NCBI GenBank assembly: GCA_900088475.1 | Contig: FLMG01000989.1 | Coordinates: 41,157 to 105,156, forward strand | DNA from: Hyphochytrium catenoides | Taxonomy: Eukaryota > Protista > Hyphochytriomycota | DNA: 64,000 nt | Direction of reading: 5' to 3' | In this document: piece after piece, positions 26,678 to 38,539 of the stretch | Layout of the letters: every line of letters starts with the position of its first letter | Position numbering within the stretch: position 1 is the stretch's first letter | Position numbers and translations under genes: made by a program | The notes under the pieces: generated by a model | The model's database searches: none | What the model was told of the DNA's origin: nothing | Seen by the model: only the letters and a program-made list of their open reading frames with translations

Positions 26678-28393
26678 ATGACGACCTCGGTTGTCTACTG
26701 CAGTTCCTCTTCTTCCTCCTCTCCCCCCGTGGCGCTCTGTGTCTCTCTGCTAACATTTCTTAGAGGGACGACAAGAGAGAAAGAAGAGAAAGCAGGAGAC
26801 ACCGCTACACAGAAGAGAGAAGAAGAAAGAGACGAAGAAAGAGTACTAAGAAAGTATCTAGAAGAGCTGAGGAGAGAGATTACAGTCTTTCTCTCTCTCT
26901 CTTCTTCCGTCTCCTCGTCTGCGCTCTCTTCTTCTTCTCTCTCTTTTCCGTCCTCTTCATCTCTCTCTTCTTCCCACTTTTCAACTACTATCAGGATAAC
27001 CAGCAGCAAGGAGAAGAAGGCTGTCATACATTCAAGCAAAGAAAGGAGACAGAAGAACCATGGTGGAGAGAGAGTTGTCCCTCTTCTCTCCCTTTCTCCT
27101 CCTTCTCCTCCCCCATCGTCCCTTCCTCTCTCTCCCTCTTTTCTCTCCAACAAGAAGGCTTACAAGGGAAGGGAGGAGAACAAATGCAGAGAAAGAAGAG
27201 AAGAAGAAAGAAGAGAACGTCAAGAAGAAGATGGAGAAGGAGAGAGAAGAAGCGATAAAGGGAAGAAGAGAGAGGGAGAAAAAGAAGGAAACGAAAGAAG
27301 GAGAAAGAGGAAGAGAAGAGTTCTTATGGCGACTCGGGGCTACACAGAGCTGACTGAGGAAGAGAGCAATCTCTCTCTCATGGAAAGGGTCTTTGGTGCC
27401 TCTTTCTCTTCCTGGTACTGGCGGAAGAAGAAGGTTATTCTTCCTTTCGTCCTTCTCTCTCCCATACTTATCACTGGGAGCTTTCTCTCTTCCATCCTTC
27501 TCCCTTCTTCTTCTTCTCTCTCTCCTGCTGGAGAAGAGAGAGAAGAAGGACATGATGGGGCAACGGAGGAGGAGGAGGGATATAGAGAGATTCTCCTTGC
27601 TTTTCTCTACTCTCTCTTTGTTCTTCTCTCTCTCCTGCATCGCACTTCTCTCTCTAATTTTTCTATGGTGCTTCGGTGTTTGCACACGCCAGAGTGTCTT
27701 CTTCTCTCCTTTGAGCTCTTCCTCACTTGCATAGCAATGTATGGCGTTCTCTGCTTCTCTCTCTCTGGGCTCTTTCTCTCTCTCTCTTCTTTTCTTCTTC
27801 TTTTCTCTTCTCTCCTCTTCAACGACGCTCTTCCTGTCTCAGTCAGGAGAAGATCACGTCTTTTCTATGGCGCAAGTCTTGTTCTCTTCTGTTCTCTTCT
27901 CCCTCTCGCCTATTTCAGGGTTCCTCCCCGTATGTGCAACTACAGAGTGGACCTTCTTCATGGGCTGATAGAGGAGAAGAAGAGAGAGAGAGAGAGAGAA
28001 GGAGAGAAAAGTCCTTTCTCTTTCTCTCTCTTGGAGTTTCTCCTCAATCGTGGGCTCAGCACTCTCTTCTTTGTCTTTCGCCTAACATTTCTAGCCTTTC
28101 GAAACCCGGAAGACTGTGTGATTGTTAGGAGCCCTATAAGACTCATAGAGCTGGACATAGAAGAAGAAGAAGAGAGAGAAGAGACGAAAAGAGAGGAGGA
28201 GAAGAGAGAGGGAGAGAGAGAAAGAGAAAGAGAGAGAACTGTTTTTCCTTGTATGGAGGGAAGATTAACAGCGGAAGCAGCAGGAAGACGACAAGAAGAA
28301 GAAGACAGAGTAGACAGGGAGAAAGAAGGGGGAACTGGAGTAGTAGTAGAGAGAAAAGAGAGAGAAGAAGAGAGAGAAACCAAAAGATACTGA
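26678..28393 (+). CDS. Intronless multipass membrane protein (571 aa), function unknown
   Basis: 1.7-kb ATG-to-TGA ORF. About 6-7 hydrophobic segments alternate with non-repetitive peptides (MATRGYTELTEEE, RCLHTPECLLL, RLTFLAFRNPEDCVIVRSPIRL), with charged low-complexity tails. Confidence 0.7.
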   Translation: MTTSVVYCSSSSSSSPPVALCVSLLTFLRGTTREKEEKAGDTATQKREEERDEERVLRKYLEELRREITVFLSLSSSVSSSALSSSSLSFPSSSSLSSSHFSTTIRITSSKEKKAVIHSSKERRQKNHGGERVVPLLSLSPPSPPPSSLPLSPSFLSNKKAYKGREENKCRERREEERRERQEEDGEGERRSDKGKKREGEKEGNERRRKRKRRVLMATRGYTELTEEESNLSLMERVFGASFSSWYWRKKKVILPFVLLSPILITGSFLSSILLPSSSSLSPAGEEREEGHDGATEEEEGYREILLAFLYSLFVLLSLLHRTSLSNFSMVLRCLHTPECLLLSFELFLTCIAMYGVLCFSLSGLFLSLSSFLLLFSSLLFNDALPVSVRRRSRLFYGASLVLFCSLLPLAYFRVPPRMCNYRVDLLHGLIEEKKREREREGEKSPFSFSLLEFLLNRGLSTLFFVFRLTFLAFRNPEDCVIVRSPIRLIELDIEEEEEREETKREEEKREGERERERERTVFPCMEGRLTAEAAGRRQEEEDRVDREKEGGTGVVVERKEREEERETKRY

Positions 28394-29563
28394 GGTCACC
28401 GCAGATGCCGTTTGAAGAATGTATCAATGCAATCACCTCGTAGACAGAACGAAGCGCGAAGACAGAACGAAGAGCGAAGAGAGAGAAAGAAGAGAGGGAG
28501 AAGAAGACAAGAAGATGAGGAGGAGAGAGAGAGAGAGAGAGGGAGAGAGAACCTCTTGAATAGAAACGCAGGCTCTTGATACTAAAAACAGGGAAGGAGA
28601 GAGAAGAAACGAGGAGGAACAGGGCCCCGCCCACCCCTGTGATCAAGATCTTGCTAAAGAACCCTTAGTTCTACGTGTAGAGAGAAAGAGAGAGACACAG
28701 AGATATCGAGAAGAGAGAGAGACTCACATGCACACCCACTGACGAAGAGAGAAAGAAAGAAGAGAGAGATATTCAAACACGCGCAAAACGAGAGTGGGGG
28801 AGATAGAGGCAGACACACACAGCGAGACAGACACGCGCATATACACACAAGGAGGTAGAGGAAGAGAGGAGAGAGAAGCTTTTTGCCGTCCTCCTGGTAT
28901 CCATTTCTTCTTTCAAGTTCTCTCTCTCTCTCTCTCTTCCTTCTTCTTCTTCTTCTACCACTATCACCCTGGAGAAGGAGAAGGTGTGGCGGAGCTTCTA
29001 TGAGGAGTTGTTTTCTCTACCCCTCTAAACTCTTTTTGTTCATACTGTCTATTGTGTCTCTTCTCTCTCGCTCGCTCTTTCTTCTCACTTACTTCTCTCC
29101 GTCGTTTCTCCCCTCTGTTTGTTCCGTTCATCTCTCTCCATCAACATCTGTTTCTCTTTTCCCTATTCTCTTTCTGTACCTCCTAGAGCTTGAAGGATCA
29201 GAAGTGAAAAAAAGAGTAAGACAAAGGAAGAGAGAGGAGGACGAAGAAGAAGAACAAGAGAGGTTGGCGGTTGAATAAGAAGAGAAATGGAGAAAGGATG
29301 ACGATCTGCCGTAAGGAGGGGAAGGAAGAAAAGGAGAGAAAGAGGGAGGCAGCGAAAAGAGGAGAAGAGAGAGAGAGAGAGAGAAAGAAAGAGGAGTGGG
29401 TGGGAGACAAGAGCAAAACAGCAGCCCGCGCAAGAGAAAGGGAGACAGTGTAGAAAAGTACAAAAAAAGAGTAGTGGGGACAAAGAGAAGCGGGGAGAGA
29501 GGAAGGAGAGAGAGAGAAACCGAGAGAGAGAAACCGAGCACAACACACAGAGAGAGAGAGAGA

Positions 29564-29617
<54 letters not shown>

Positions 29618-31044
29618 GAGAGAGAGAGAGAGAGAGAAAAAACTGAGAGAGAGAAAACTGAGAGAGAGAAAACTGGAACTACCGCTATGAGAAGAGGAGG
29701 AGGTATTGTACGAGTACTGTTTTACAAATATCTCTTCTTACCGAATTTGGAGGGCCATTAGTCAGATTCTAAAAGTTGTGCAGAGGAATTAGATTCGTAT
29801 TCCAGCGATCTCTGTGTAGCCTTCTTTGGACCCCAAGCGGTAGCTTTCGTGAACTCTAAGGTGAGTCTTCTGTTAGTTTCGTTCCATCCACAAAATCCTA
29901 GGGCGAGCACGATGAACAGACGAACATTGTACACGGCGGCGTGTGGGCATTGTAAAAATCGGTGTGATCGCGTGTCCTTTCCTTCCTGTCCTACCTTCTT
30001 ATGCCCATCAGACCACCGATTTTTGTGACGCAGCCGAGACAGAGTAACATAAAAGAAAAAGACAGTACAGAAAAGAGATATCACCTTTATCTCATTTTTG
30101 TTAGCATCTCTATAGGAAACCATGACAAGGCCTCGAGACCGAGCGCGATTGAGATTCCACAATGTGCAAAAGAGAGACAGAGCAAAAGCCTCATTTACAT
30201 TTTCGCCTAAAAAAGGAACACTAACCGACGAGGAAGAGGTCTACCTACATGACGACAGAGGGAGTTCGAGGTGAGAAACGATGACTGTAAAGTAGAGATG
30301 TGGCATCGAGACAGAGGTCTGCATCAAATATCGTCTAGAACGGTGAGATAAATAGAAACGAAACACGGGACGTGAGAACTCGAAAAGATGATGGGTAGCC
30401 AGCAATTTGGATAGAAAGACAGAGTAGAGAGAAAGATGTTGGACTTCATATAAAGCCTTCAATTACGTAGAAATTGGGCAAGACAGAGCGCAGAAGAGAT
30501 AGACCAGATAGAACTTCTGACTGTCGGACACAAAGATTTCAGGGGCAGAAAGGGGAAAAAAGAAAAGAGAATCCTAGGTACAGCCCCAAAGGTATGAGAC
30601 AGAGTAGCCCCTTGAACGAAACAGAGGAGGCCGATGCTTAAGGCTTATGCGAGATAAATGTCGGGTATAGATAGAAGGAGGTGAGATGAGATACGCTGCC
30701 TTCTAAAGCCCTAAGATTCTTATATTGGCGTTCTGGTGACTTGTCAACTGATGCAGCAAGCGGACAGACTCTCTCTCTCTCTTTCTCTCTCTCTCTCTTT
30801 CTCTCTCTCACTCTCTCTCTCTCTCTCTCACACTCTCTCGTTTTGTCTATCTCTCGTCCCTCTGACTGGGTGGTCTCTCTATTCTCTTTCACATCTTTCC
30901 CCCGTCTTTCTCCTTTCCTCTCTTCCATCACTCTGTCTCCCCTCTTTCTCATGTTCTCTACTCTCTTTCGTCTGTCTTTTCTCCTCGTTCTTTATCTCTA
31001 TCCTTTCTCTTTCTCTATGTACTTTCTCTCGCGTTCTTTCTATG

Positions 31045-31122
<78 letters not shown>

Positions 31123-31898
31123 CCTGACTCTCCTGATGTGTCTCTTTCTCTCGCTGTTTCCCCTCCTCTTTCCCTTGTGAACTAGGAACCTGTGCCACCA
31201 ACTGCAAGTTTCTTGAGCAAACGCACGCAGTGTCAGAAGCACGAGAGAGAGAGAGAGAAAGAGAGAGAAGAGAGGATCTCTGCAGATTCTCTTCCCACCC
31301 CGTCAACGGCAAAGACAGCGACATTCCTTGCAGCTTCTTTGGCCTCGTCACAGCCTTCTGATTTATCCTTTCTCTCTCTCTCTCTCGTCTTCACTTCATC
31401 TCTTTTGCAGCTTTCTTTCAGCGGTGTTCCAGAGATCTGCCTTGTCCGTTGAGCTGCGCCTTATTATAGCTCTTTTGCTCTCTCTCTCTCTCACTGCGTT
31501 CCTCTCTCTCTTTCTCTCTCTCTCTCTTGCCGCTTTCTTCAGTCATTTATTTAGAGACTTCGAGCCAGAGTGCTGGCAGACGATCAATGGCGTGCCCGAA
31601 GAGACTGCAGAAGAGGAGTTAGTGCGCTTGACCTCGCTGAGTGTCCAGCTACGAAGGCGAAGAGACCCAAAGAGAAAAGACTTTCTCTCTCTTTCCTCTC
31701 TCTCCCTCTCTCTCTCTTTCTCTCTCTCTCTCTCCTTCCCTCTCCCTGACTGCCTGAGCTTCCTTTCTTCTCATCGGCATTCAGCTTGTCTCACCATCCA
31801 AAGCAAGAGAGAAAGACAGCGCTCTCTTGGCCCCTCTCTTCACTTTTCTCCTCCACATCCGATTTCTCTATCTTTTCTCTCTCCCTTTTTTTCTTTTT

Positions 31899-31981
<83 letters not shown>

Positions 31982-31985
31982 CAGA

Positions 31986-34298
31986 ATGACAGAGAGAGCC
32001 TCTCCCTCCCCGGCGTTTCCTCCTCCTCTTCCCCCGCCAAACGTAAGAGATCACGCAGCTTCCAGTCTAGCTTCTGAGGATCTCTGGGGAACAGCGCCTT
32101 CCCCGTCCACTCTCCCCCACCTCTCTCCCTCTCTCTCTTCCTCTCCTCTCCCTCGGCCCCCCGCCACTTCAGAAAGCCCTCTCTCTCTCTCTTCTTTCCT
32201 AGGAGAACTGGGAAAGCTCCGTCCTTCTGCGACAGGGAAAGAGAGAAGAGAGAGCGCGATAAAGATTCAGAGCCAATGGAGAAGATATCGAGCTAAACAA
32301 TGGGTTTTTAGAGAGTTAAGAGGAAAAGTGCTCCGTCCTGCCATCGTGACAATAGAAAGAGTGAGAGGGATAAACGTAGAGACGATGGCAGGATGGGGAG
32401 AGAAGAACCAGACGCCCAGAGCGCAGGTGCTTCTCTCTGTCTTGAGAATGCCTTCAGGACCTCTGGTTTATCAGTGCGCAACGGACTTTCTCTCCTGCGA
32501 AGGAGAAGAGAATCCTCTCTTTCATTCTTCGTTTCTTCTCCCAGGTATCTCTACGGACTATGCCCTACATTTTACCCTGCTTGGAGAGGGAAATGTGGAC
32601 AGAGGTCATGCGGTACTGCCTCTCTCTCCTGACTGGGCCAAAGAGGGGAGAGAGAGACGGAGAGAAGAGACTCTTTCTCTCACTCTTGAGCCTCTCCCTG
32701 GTGCAGTCTCTGCGATAACGGGAGAAATTCTCGTGAAGCTCGAAGTTCCTACATTCTCATACATTTATAAGGAGCACGGTCTCAGATGGAGATCATTGGA
32801 TTTTATAAGCGAGACACGGTGCGGATCCCTGATCAAGGCATCCTTTATTCCTGGATCCAGGGCTACTGGTGATGCTGTTGCAGACACCAAAGAGAGAGAG
32901 GAAGAAGAAGAAGTAGAAGAAGAAGAGAGAGAGAAAGAGAGAGCTGAGCAAAGAGAAGAACGCATTCCAGAGAGAGAAGAGGCTGCGGAAGAAACACCGA
33001 GGAGAAGGGAACGTCAGCCTGAAGATGATGAGGAAGGACAGACTGCAGATCAAAGAGAGAGACCTCCTCTCCCTCCATCTTCTTCCTCCTCCCAGCAGAG
33101 ACAGGGCTTCGGGAAGTCTCCTCTCTTTCGCTCTCCCTTTCCCTCTCCTTTTCCTCCTCTCTCCTCTTCATCTGCAGAGAGTAAAAAGGCTCAGTATCGG
33201 CCTTCTCTCTTTGCGCGTTCTCCTCCTCCCTCTTCCTCTTCCAGTACGCCTAAAGGGAAGGCCGTCTGGACAGCAACCAAAGGTGTCTTTAGCAGTGTTT
33301 TTGGCAAGGGGAAGAAGAAGGGGAAAGACGAGCACAATGTCTCTTCTTCTCTCTCTCGCACTCCTCATCCTCCTCCCAGTGTAGACAACAGACAACCTTC
33401 CATCACGGAGACGCCTCCGTCTTCTCTCCCTCAAGGACCAGGCACTCCTCCTGCTTCTCCGCAGCTGAAGACAATTCCTCCTCCTCCTCTTTCCCGGCGT
33501 CGGACGTCTTCCAACACTGGGGTCGCCACGCCTGGGAGAGGGGAAGAAAGAGAGCAAGAAGAGAGGAAGAGAAGAGAAAGAAGAATTTCTCTCTCTCCTG
33601 CGCCGCATCCGGTGACTCCGCCTATGCCTCAGACTCCCCCTCCTCTCTCCGCTGGCTCTTCTCAAGGTTGGAAGGGAGACAGAGGACAAGCTGCTGCCTC
33701 TCTCCCTCAAACGCCGTCTCTTCTCTCTCCTCCTCTCTCTTCGGTGGTGGAAGAGATGGAGCTCTGGTGCTGTCTTCTTCCCGGCTCTCTCCTCTGCTAC
33801 CGCAACGCTTACGACCACAGTCCTTTCCGTGTAGTTAGTCTCAGTGCACCGGGGACAGTGGTGGTGGCTTACGATGCCTTTCTTCAGGGAAAGAAGGGAG
33901 AGACAGAGAGAGAAAGAGAGAGAAAGAAGCATTTTGGCCTGTGTATTAGACAGGAAAAGAATGGAAATGTCTATTTATTCGCAGAGAGTCAGTTCAACCG
34001 TGATCTCTGGCTAGAGAGTCTGCAGCTGAACATAGATTGCTGCAGAGCCTTAGGAAAGAGTGTCAGGGTTGAGGGAGAAGAGAGAGAGAAGACGGAAGAA
34101 GAGAGAGAGAGCAAGAAGATGGGGACGCTCGCGTCCTCGTACCAGACTGCTGCTTCTCTCTCCCCCTCTTCTTCTTCCTCTCCTTCCTCCACCTCTCCGG
34201 GAAGTAAAGAGAAGGAGAGCTCTCGGTTATGGAGTGTGCTTGAGGGAGGAGAGCTCTTTCTGGGTACACCTGGAAGAGCCCTGCCCATGGCGGCCTAA
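31986..34298 (+). CDS. Protein with an IQ motif, a C2-like region, a Pro/Ser-rich linker and a C-terminal PH domain (~770 aa)
   Basis: Open frame from ATG 31986; an upstream exon is possible because an AG directly precedes it. IQ motif SAIKIQSQWRRYRAKQ. C2-like AIVTIERVRGI...ENPLFHSSFLL. PH signature ELWCCLLPGSLLCYRN...HFGLCI...VYLFAESQFNRDLWLESLQ. Confidence 0.8.
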   Translation: MTERASPSPAFPPPLPPPNVRDHAASSLASEDLWGTAPSPSTLPHLSPSLSSSPLPRPPATSESPLSLSSFLGELGKLRPSATGKERRESAIKIQSQWRRYRAKQWVFRELRGKVLRPAIVTIERVRGINVETMAGWGEKNQTPRAQVLLSVLRMPSGPLVYQCATDFLSCEGEENPLFHSSFLLPGISTDYALHFTLLGEGNVDRGHAVLPLSPDWAKEGRERRREETLSLTLEPLPGAVSAITGEILVKLEVPTFSYIYKEHGLRWRSLDFISETRCGSLIKASFIPGSRATGDAVADTKEREEEEEVEEEEREKERAEQREERIPEREEAAEETPRRRERQPEDDEEGQTADQRERPPLPPSSSSSQQRQGFGKSPLFRSPFPSPFPPLSSSSAESKKAQYRPSLFARSPPPSSSSSTPKGKAVWTATKGVFSSVFGKGKKKGKDEHNVSSSLSRTPHPPPSVDNRQPSITETPPSSLPQGPGTPPASPQLKTIPPPPLSRRRTSSNTGVATPGRGEEREQEERKRRERRISLSPAPHPVTPPMPQTPPPLSAGSSQGWKGDRGQAAASLPQTPSLLSPPLSSVVEEMELWCCLLPGSLLCYRNAYDHSPFRVVSLSAPGTVVVAYDAFLQGKKGETERERERKKHFGLCIRQEKNGNVYLFAESQFNRDLWLESLQLNIDCCRALGKSVRVEGEEREKTEEERESKKMGTLASSYQTAASLSPSSSSSPSSTSPGSKEKESSRLWSVLEGGELFLGTPGRALPMAA

Positions 34299-34913
34299 TG
34301 TCTCTCTCTCTCTCTCGTTTCTTTCTTTTCTCCTTTTATTATAAGCTTGCGTGTCCCTCCTTTCTTCTCCGGCGTTGTTCAGAAGCTAGAGGAGTTGAAC
34401 ACAGAGCCTGCAGTGGGGATAGACCAGCTAGGCGTTAGGCTCTCCTCGGATAGGGAAGAAAGAGTGCCCCTCTTGCTCCTCTCTCTTACTCTCTCTTTCT
34501 TCTTTCCTTCTTCTGTCTCCTTCCCTTCCCTCCTAGTACGACTTTCTTTCCTCTTGCGCAAGGACGGGAAGAGGACCTTCTGTCTCTTCTCTTAGTAAAC
34601 CGCAACTACCACTAAGTTTTTCAATAAACAGGAGCGTCATATTTCTCTTGAGTGTGCTTAGCAAGCACTAAAGACTAGCCATAGAGCTGTTCCAGAGACT
34701 ACACAGCGAGAGAGAGAGAGAAAGAGGAAGAGAGAGTCAGATAGAAACGGACAAGGACAGAGGATGAGAGAGAGAGAGGATCTTCTTCTCATCAGGTCCC
34801 TTTCCTCGATTAATTTCGATGCGTCTGCGGTGTGTGTCCTATTAAATGATAGGAGAACCGAAGATAGGAGATGAGGGGCAGCGAGGAGAGCGAGAGAGAG
34901 AGGAGAGAGAGGG

Positions 34914-34974
<61 letters not shown>

Positions 34975-35028
34975 CGAAAGAGCAGAGGAGGCTGTTGCTA
35001 ACACTTGGGCTGGGCATTCTCTATACAT

Positions 35029-36322
35029 TTATTTCACATGCAGAGCTTCAAGGCTCTCTGCCAGGTCTGAGAGAGAGAGAGTCTCCCCTTGTATACTTGG
35101 CTTCGTTTCCTCTTCTTCATCTTTGTGTATACTTTCTCTCTCTTTCTCCTCCTTTCTCTCCTCTTTCTCTTCTCTTCTTTTCTTCTCTGAAGACTCTACT
35201 AGCGCCTTCATGTGCATCACACTGCTGGCAGCGATAGCCTGCAAGTTGTACCCGCCTTCTAAGGCAGAGACCACTCTCCCTTCGCAAGAAATCTCTGCAA
35301 TCTTCGTCAGTTCCTTCGTAATCCAATAAAAATCTTCAGAATCCAGACGAAGCTCCGCCAGATGATCGTCTTTATGGGCGTCAAAGCCTGCGGAGATGAA
35401 AAGAATCTCCGGTCTGAACTCCGCCAGTTGCGGGAGAATCTTCTCCGTGTAAGCACGGCGGAACTCTTTCGACCCTGCGCCGCTCCGCAATGGAACATTG
35501 ACGATGTTATTGCTAACCCCGCGCTCTTTGGCGTGACCCGTGCCTGGGAGAGAGAGAGAGAGAAGAGATAAAGAGAGACCGTCAAGGAGAAAGCTAGTGA
35601 GCCATGGAATTTACTCAGAAGATCAGAAAGAGAGAGACGGATAAGACATAGTGAGAGACACGAGAATGAGAGAGGAGAAAGCGAGAGGGACTGAACGTTT
35701 TGGCAAAACAAGGAAGAAGTAAGAGAAAGCCATGACAGAGGATCGAAAAGAAAGAGCGGACGAGACGGAGAGAGAGAGAAGAGAGAGAGAGAGTGTTGTG
35801 TGTGTGAGAGAGGAAAAGAGAGAGAGAGAGGTGACTGAAGTCGGTGTTTAAGGTAGTGCGCAACAGACCAAAAGGAGAAGCCTTAAGGTTCCCTCGAACT
35901 AATGACAAACGCCACCCGCTATTCTCCGGTAGTCTCTACTCTCTCTCTCTCTCTCTCTCTTGTCTCTCTTCCACCTTTCGAGACCACGGCAAGTAGAAGG
36001 CCACCTCTTCTTCTCTCTTTCCTTACCCGGGTAGAAGTTGCCTTGATGGGTGGAGGCGTAGAAGATCTCTCCATCAGTCTCTGCATAGTCTTGGGTCCCG
36101 TTCCCATGATGAACATCAAAATCCACGATGGCAACCCGCTTTAGTCCATACATTTTCTTCGCGTACAGCGCCGCCACGCCAACATTGTTAAAGTAGCAAA
36201 AGCCCATAGATTGGTGCGGCGTCGCGTGGTGACCAGGCGGCCTGACGACGCAGAAAGCGTTGATGAACCGCCGGGACATGACGCTGTCAACGGCGTCGAG
36301 GACAGAGCCTTAGGAGAAGAAA

Positions 36323-36359
<37 letters not shown>

Positions 36360-37871
36360 GAGAGAAAGGAGTAAAGAAGAGAGGAATAGAAAAAAGGAGC
36401 GGGAAGGGAAGAGAAACAGAGAGNNNNNNNNNNNNNNNNNNNNNNNCAGACAATAGGAGAAAAAGAGAGAGAAAGAAAAAGTAAGAAACAAGGAGGAGAG
36501 AGAAAGCGAGAGAATGATGCAAGAGAGAGAGGAGAGAGAGAGAAAGACGTAAGAGAGGAGAGAGAGAACAAACGAGGGGAGAGAGAGTGAGAAGCTTGCA
36601 GAGGATAAGAAGGTGACGGATAGGACACAGAAGAACCCCTAGACAAAAAAAATCTAACTCTATCAAAAGGAAAGAGAGAAGCAGTGCCTTCCTAGACCAC
36701 CCAAGGACAGAGAGAAGAACACTCGCGTTCTCTTCTTCTCTTTTCACCTTCTCTTCTCTCTCTCTCTCTTTCCTTCGCGGCTCTCGCTCTCTCATCCTTC
36801 TCGGTCTGACGTACCTGCAGCTCGAAGGGCTGCCTCTTCTGTGTGCGGCATGACCGAAGTATCAGAGTCAATGTGGATGATATCTTTCCGAGTATATCGA
36901 GACGATGGAGAGGATCGCCGTCTCTCCCCTCCTCCTACTCGGCCTGCTTCTCTGTCTTTCTCTCTCTGTTTCTTTCTCTCTCTCTCTTCTCTCTTCACCT
37001 CAGCTGCTGCAGCTGAGACTCTCTTAAAGATTGTCTGTATGATCTGGAGGTGTGGAGAAGAGTGGAAGAGCTTGAGCTCTTCCCAGTTGGCTCTCCGTCC
37101 GCTTAAGTGCGGGATGGAACGGAAAGACTTTTGTAGAGCTTTGGCAATGACAAGAACACGGGCTTTCTGCTCAGGATGGCCTAGACATAGAAGAGAGGGA
37201 GTGAGAAGGAATGAATGGAGAAGAGAGGCAGGCCCGGAAGTGGAAGGAGCAGGGATGAGCAGAGGGAGAGAGAGAGAAGAGAGAGAGNNNNNNNNNNNNN
37301 NNNNNNNNNNNNNNNNNNNNNNNNNNNNNNNNNNNNNNNAGAGAGAGAGAGGGAGATAGGGTGGGGGAAAAATGGAACAGAGAGCATAAAGCCGAGGAAG
37401 GAAACAAGACAAAGAGACAGAGAGAGAGACAGAGAGAGAGACGAAGAGAGAGAGTGAGAGAAGCAGGAGGAGAGAAAAGAAGAGGTAGGGAAGCGTGGGT
37501 ATAACAAGGAAGAGGAAGAGGTCAAGTGCCTGGCAAGCCTCTTGGTGGCCCGTATCACCTGGGATATCGTGCAGTGCACACGCCTCATGCACATAGATTG
37601 CTGTCGAGCCTTTTTCTACTTCCACAGCCGCCCTAGCAATCTCCTTGAGGCTCTTCACAGAAGAAGTTTGAGGAGAAGTAGATTGAGGCAGTGGTGGCGG
37701 TGGTGGAGGAGGGGCAGTGGGATCTCCCATGATATCATCTGATCGTGGGGGAGAATGGGGCATGCTGGGCTCCTTTGGTTCTCTTGGGCTGACTGGGGAA
37801 ATATGTAAGGCCGTGGGCTGTGCAGGGCTGGCGCTCTCTGAGTTCACATGGATGGGATGCAAGCCGTCCAT
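35029..37871 (-). CDS. Zn-dependent histone deacetylase family protein (class II/HDA-like, ~491 aa)
   Basis: Exons 37559-37871, 36815-37180, 36027-36308 and 35029-35543 are in phase, totalling 1476 nt. Motifs: H..PGHPE..AR, RPPGHHA, MGFCYFNNVGVAA, DFDVHHGNGTQD, FYPGTG, ISAGFDAH..D, LEGGY. Confidence 0.95.
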
Positions 37872-38020
37872 GATGCCTAACCATCCAAGCACACAGGCTC
37901 CACCTTTCTGTGATCTTCTCGGTCAAATTGGCCGCTTCCAGATGCGGGACGAGCCACTGTGTATCACCAATTAATAGATTTCATATGTAAGGTCGACGCA
38001 CGGGCCCATCTAAGGCCCAA

Positions 38021-38055
38021 TGAAGCTTCAGAATGCAGAACTGAAGCTTCAGAAT
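38021..38055. promoter_or_regulatory. Tandem palindromic motif (C)TGAAGCTTCAG x2 in the HDAC/RPL35A divergent intergenic region
   Basis: tgaagcttcagaatg at 38021 and ctgaagcttcagaatg at 38041, ~150 bp upstream of the HDAC ATG, preceded by two GGCCCA hexamers (38003, 38014). Regulatory function is inferred. Confidence 0.45.
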
Positions 38056-38478
38056 GGGAAACAGAAACACAATTTTTCAGCCGCCAAAAGAATCACTGAA
38101 AGAACCAAATACTATGACACCTTTGATAACCCTTTCTAGATTATCAGTGATACCAATCAAAGCCTAGCCGTTATACTAGCATTAGGAAAAGGCTTGGGCT
38201 ACCGAGGGAGCCGTTGAAAAGGTTTCCCCACCACGAACTTTACAATACAGGGAAGTAGTAGTACCGCCCTTAACCCTGTAATCTATAGCAAGCTTAAATC
38301 CTATTACTACAGGTTCCGCTTGAAATCTTACTACATCATTGGTTGGGTGTACTGCGACAGAGATTACACTATATCTCTATAATATATATTTGATGTGTGA
38401 TATTACTACTGCAGGAGCGTCAATTATTACTATTCTCGCGGATTGAGTGGCGCGGCACCCGCGGTGAAGGTGAGTTAT

Positions 38479-38539
<61 letters not shown>

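Noticed and set aside
38415-38470. AG...GTGAGT-bounded segment upstream of RPL35A, and a possible snoRNA near 38720
   Set aside because: It may be a non-coding exon, but it has no coding link and no convincing C/D box pair with a terminal stem.
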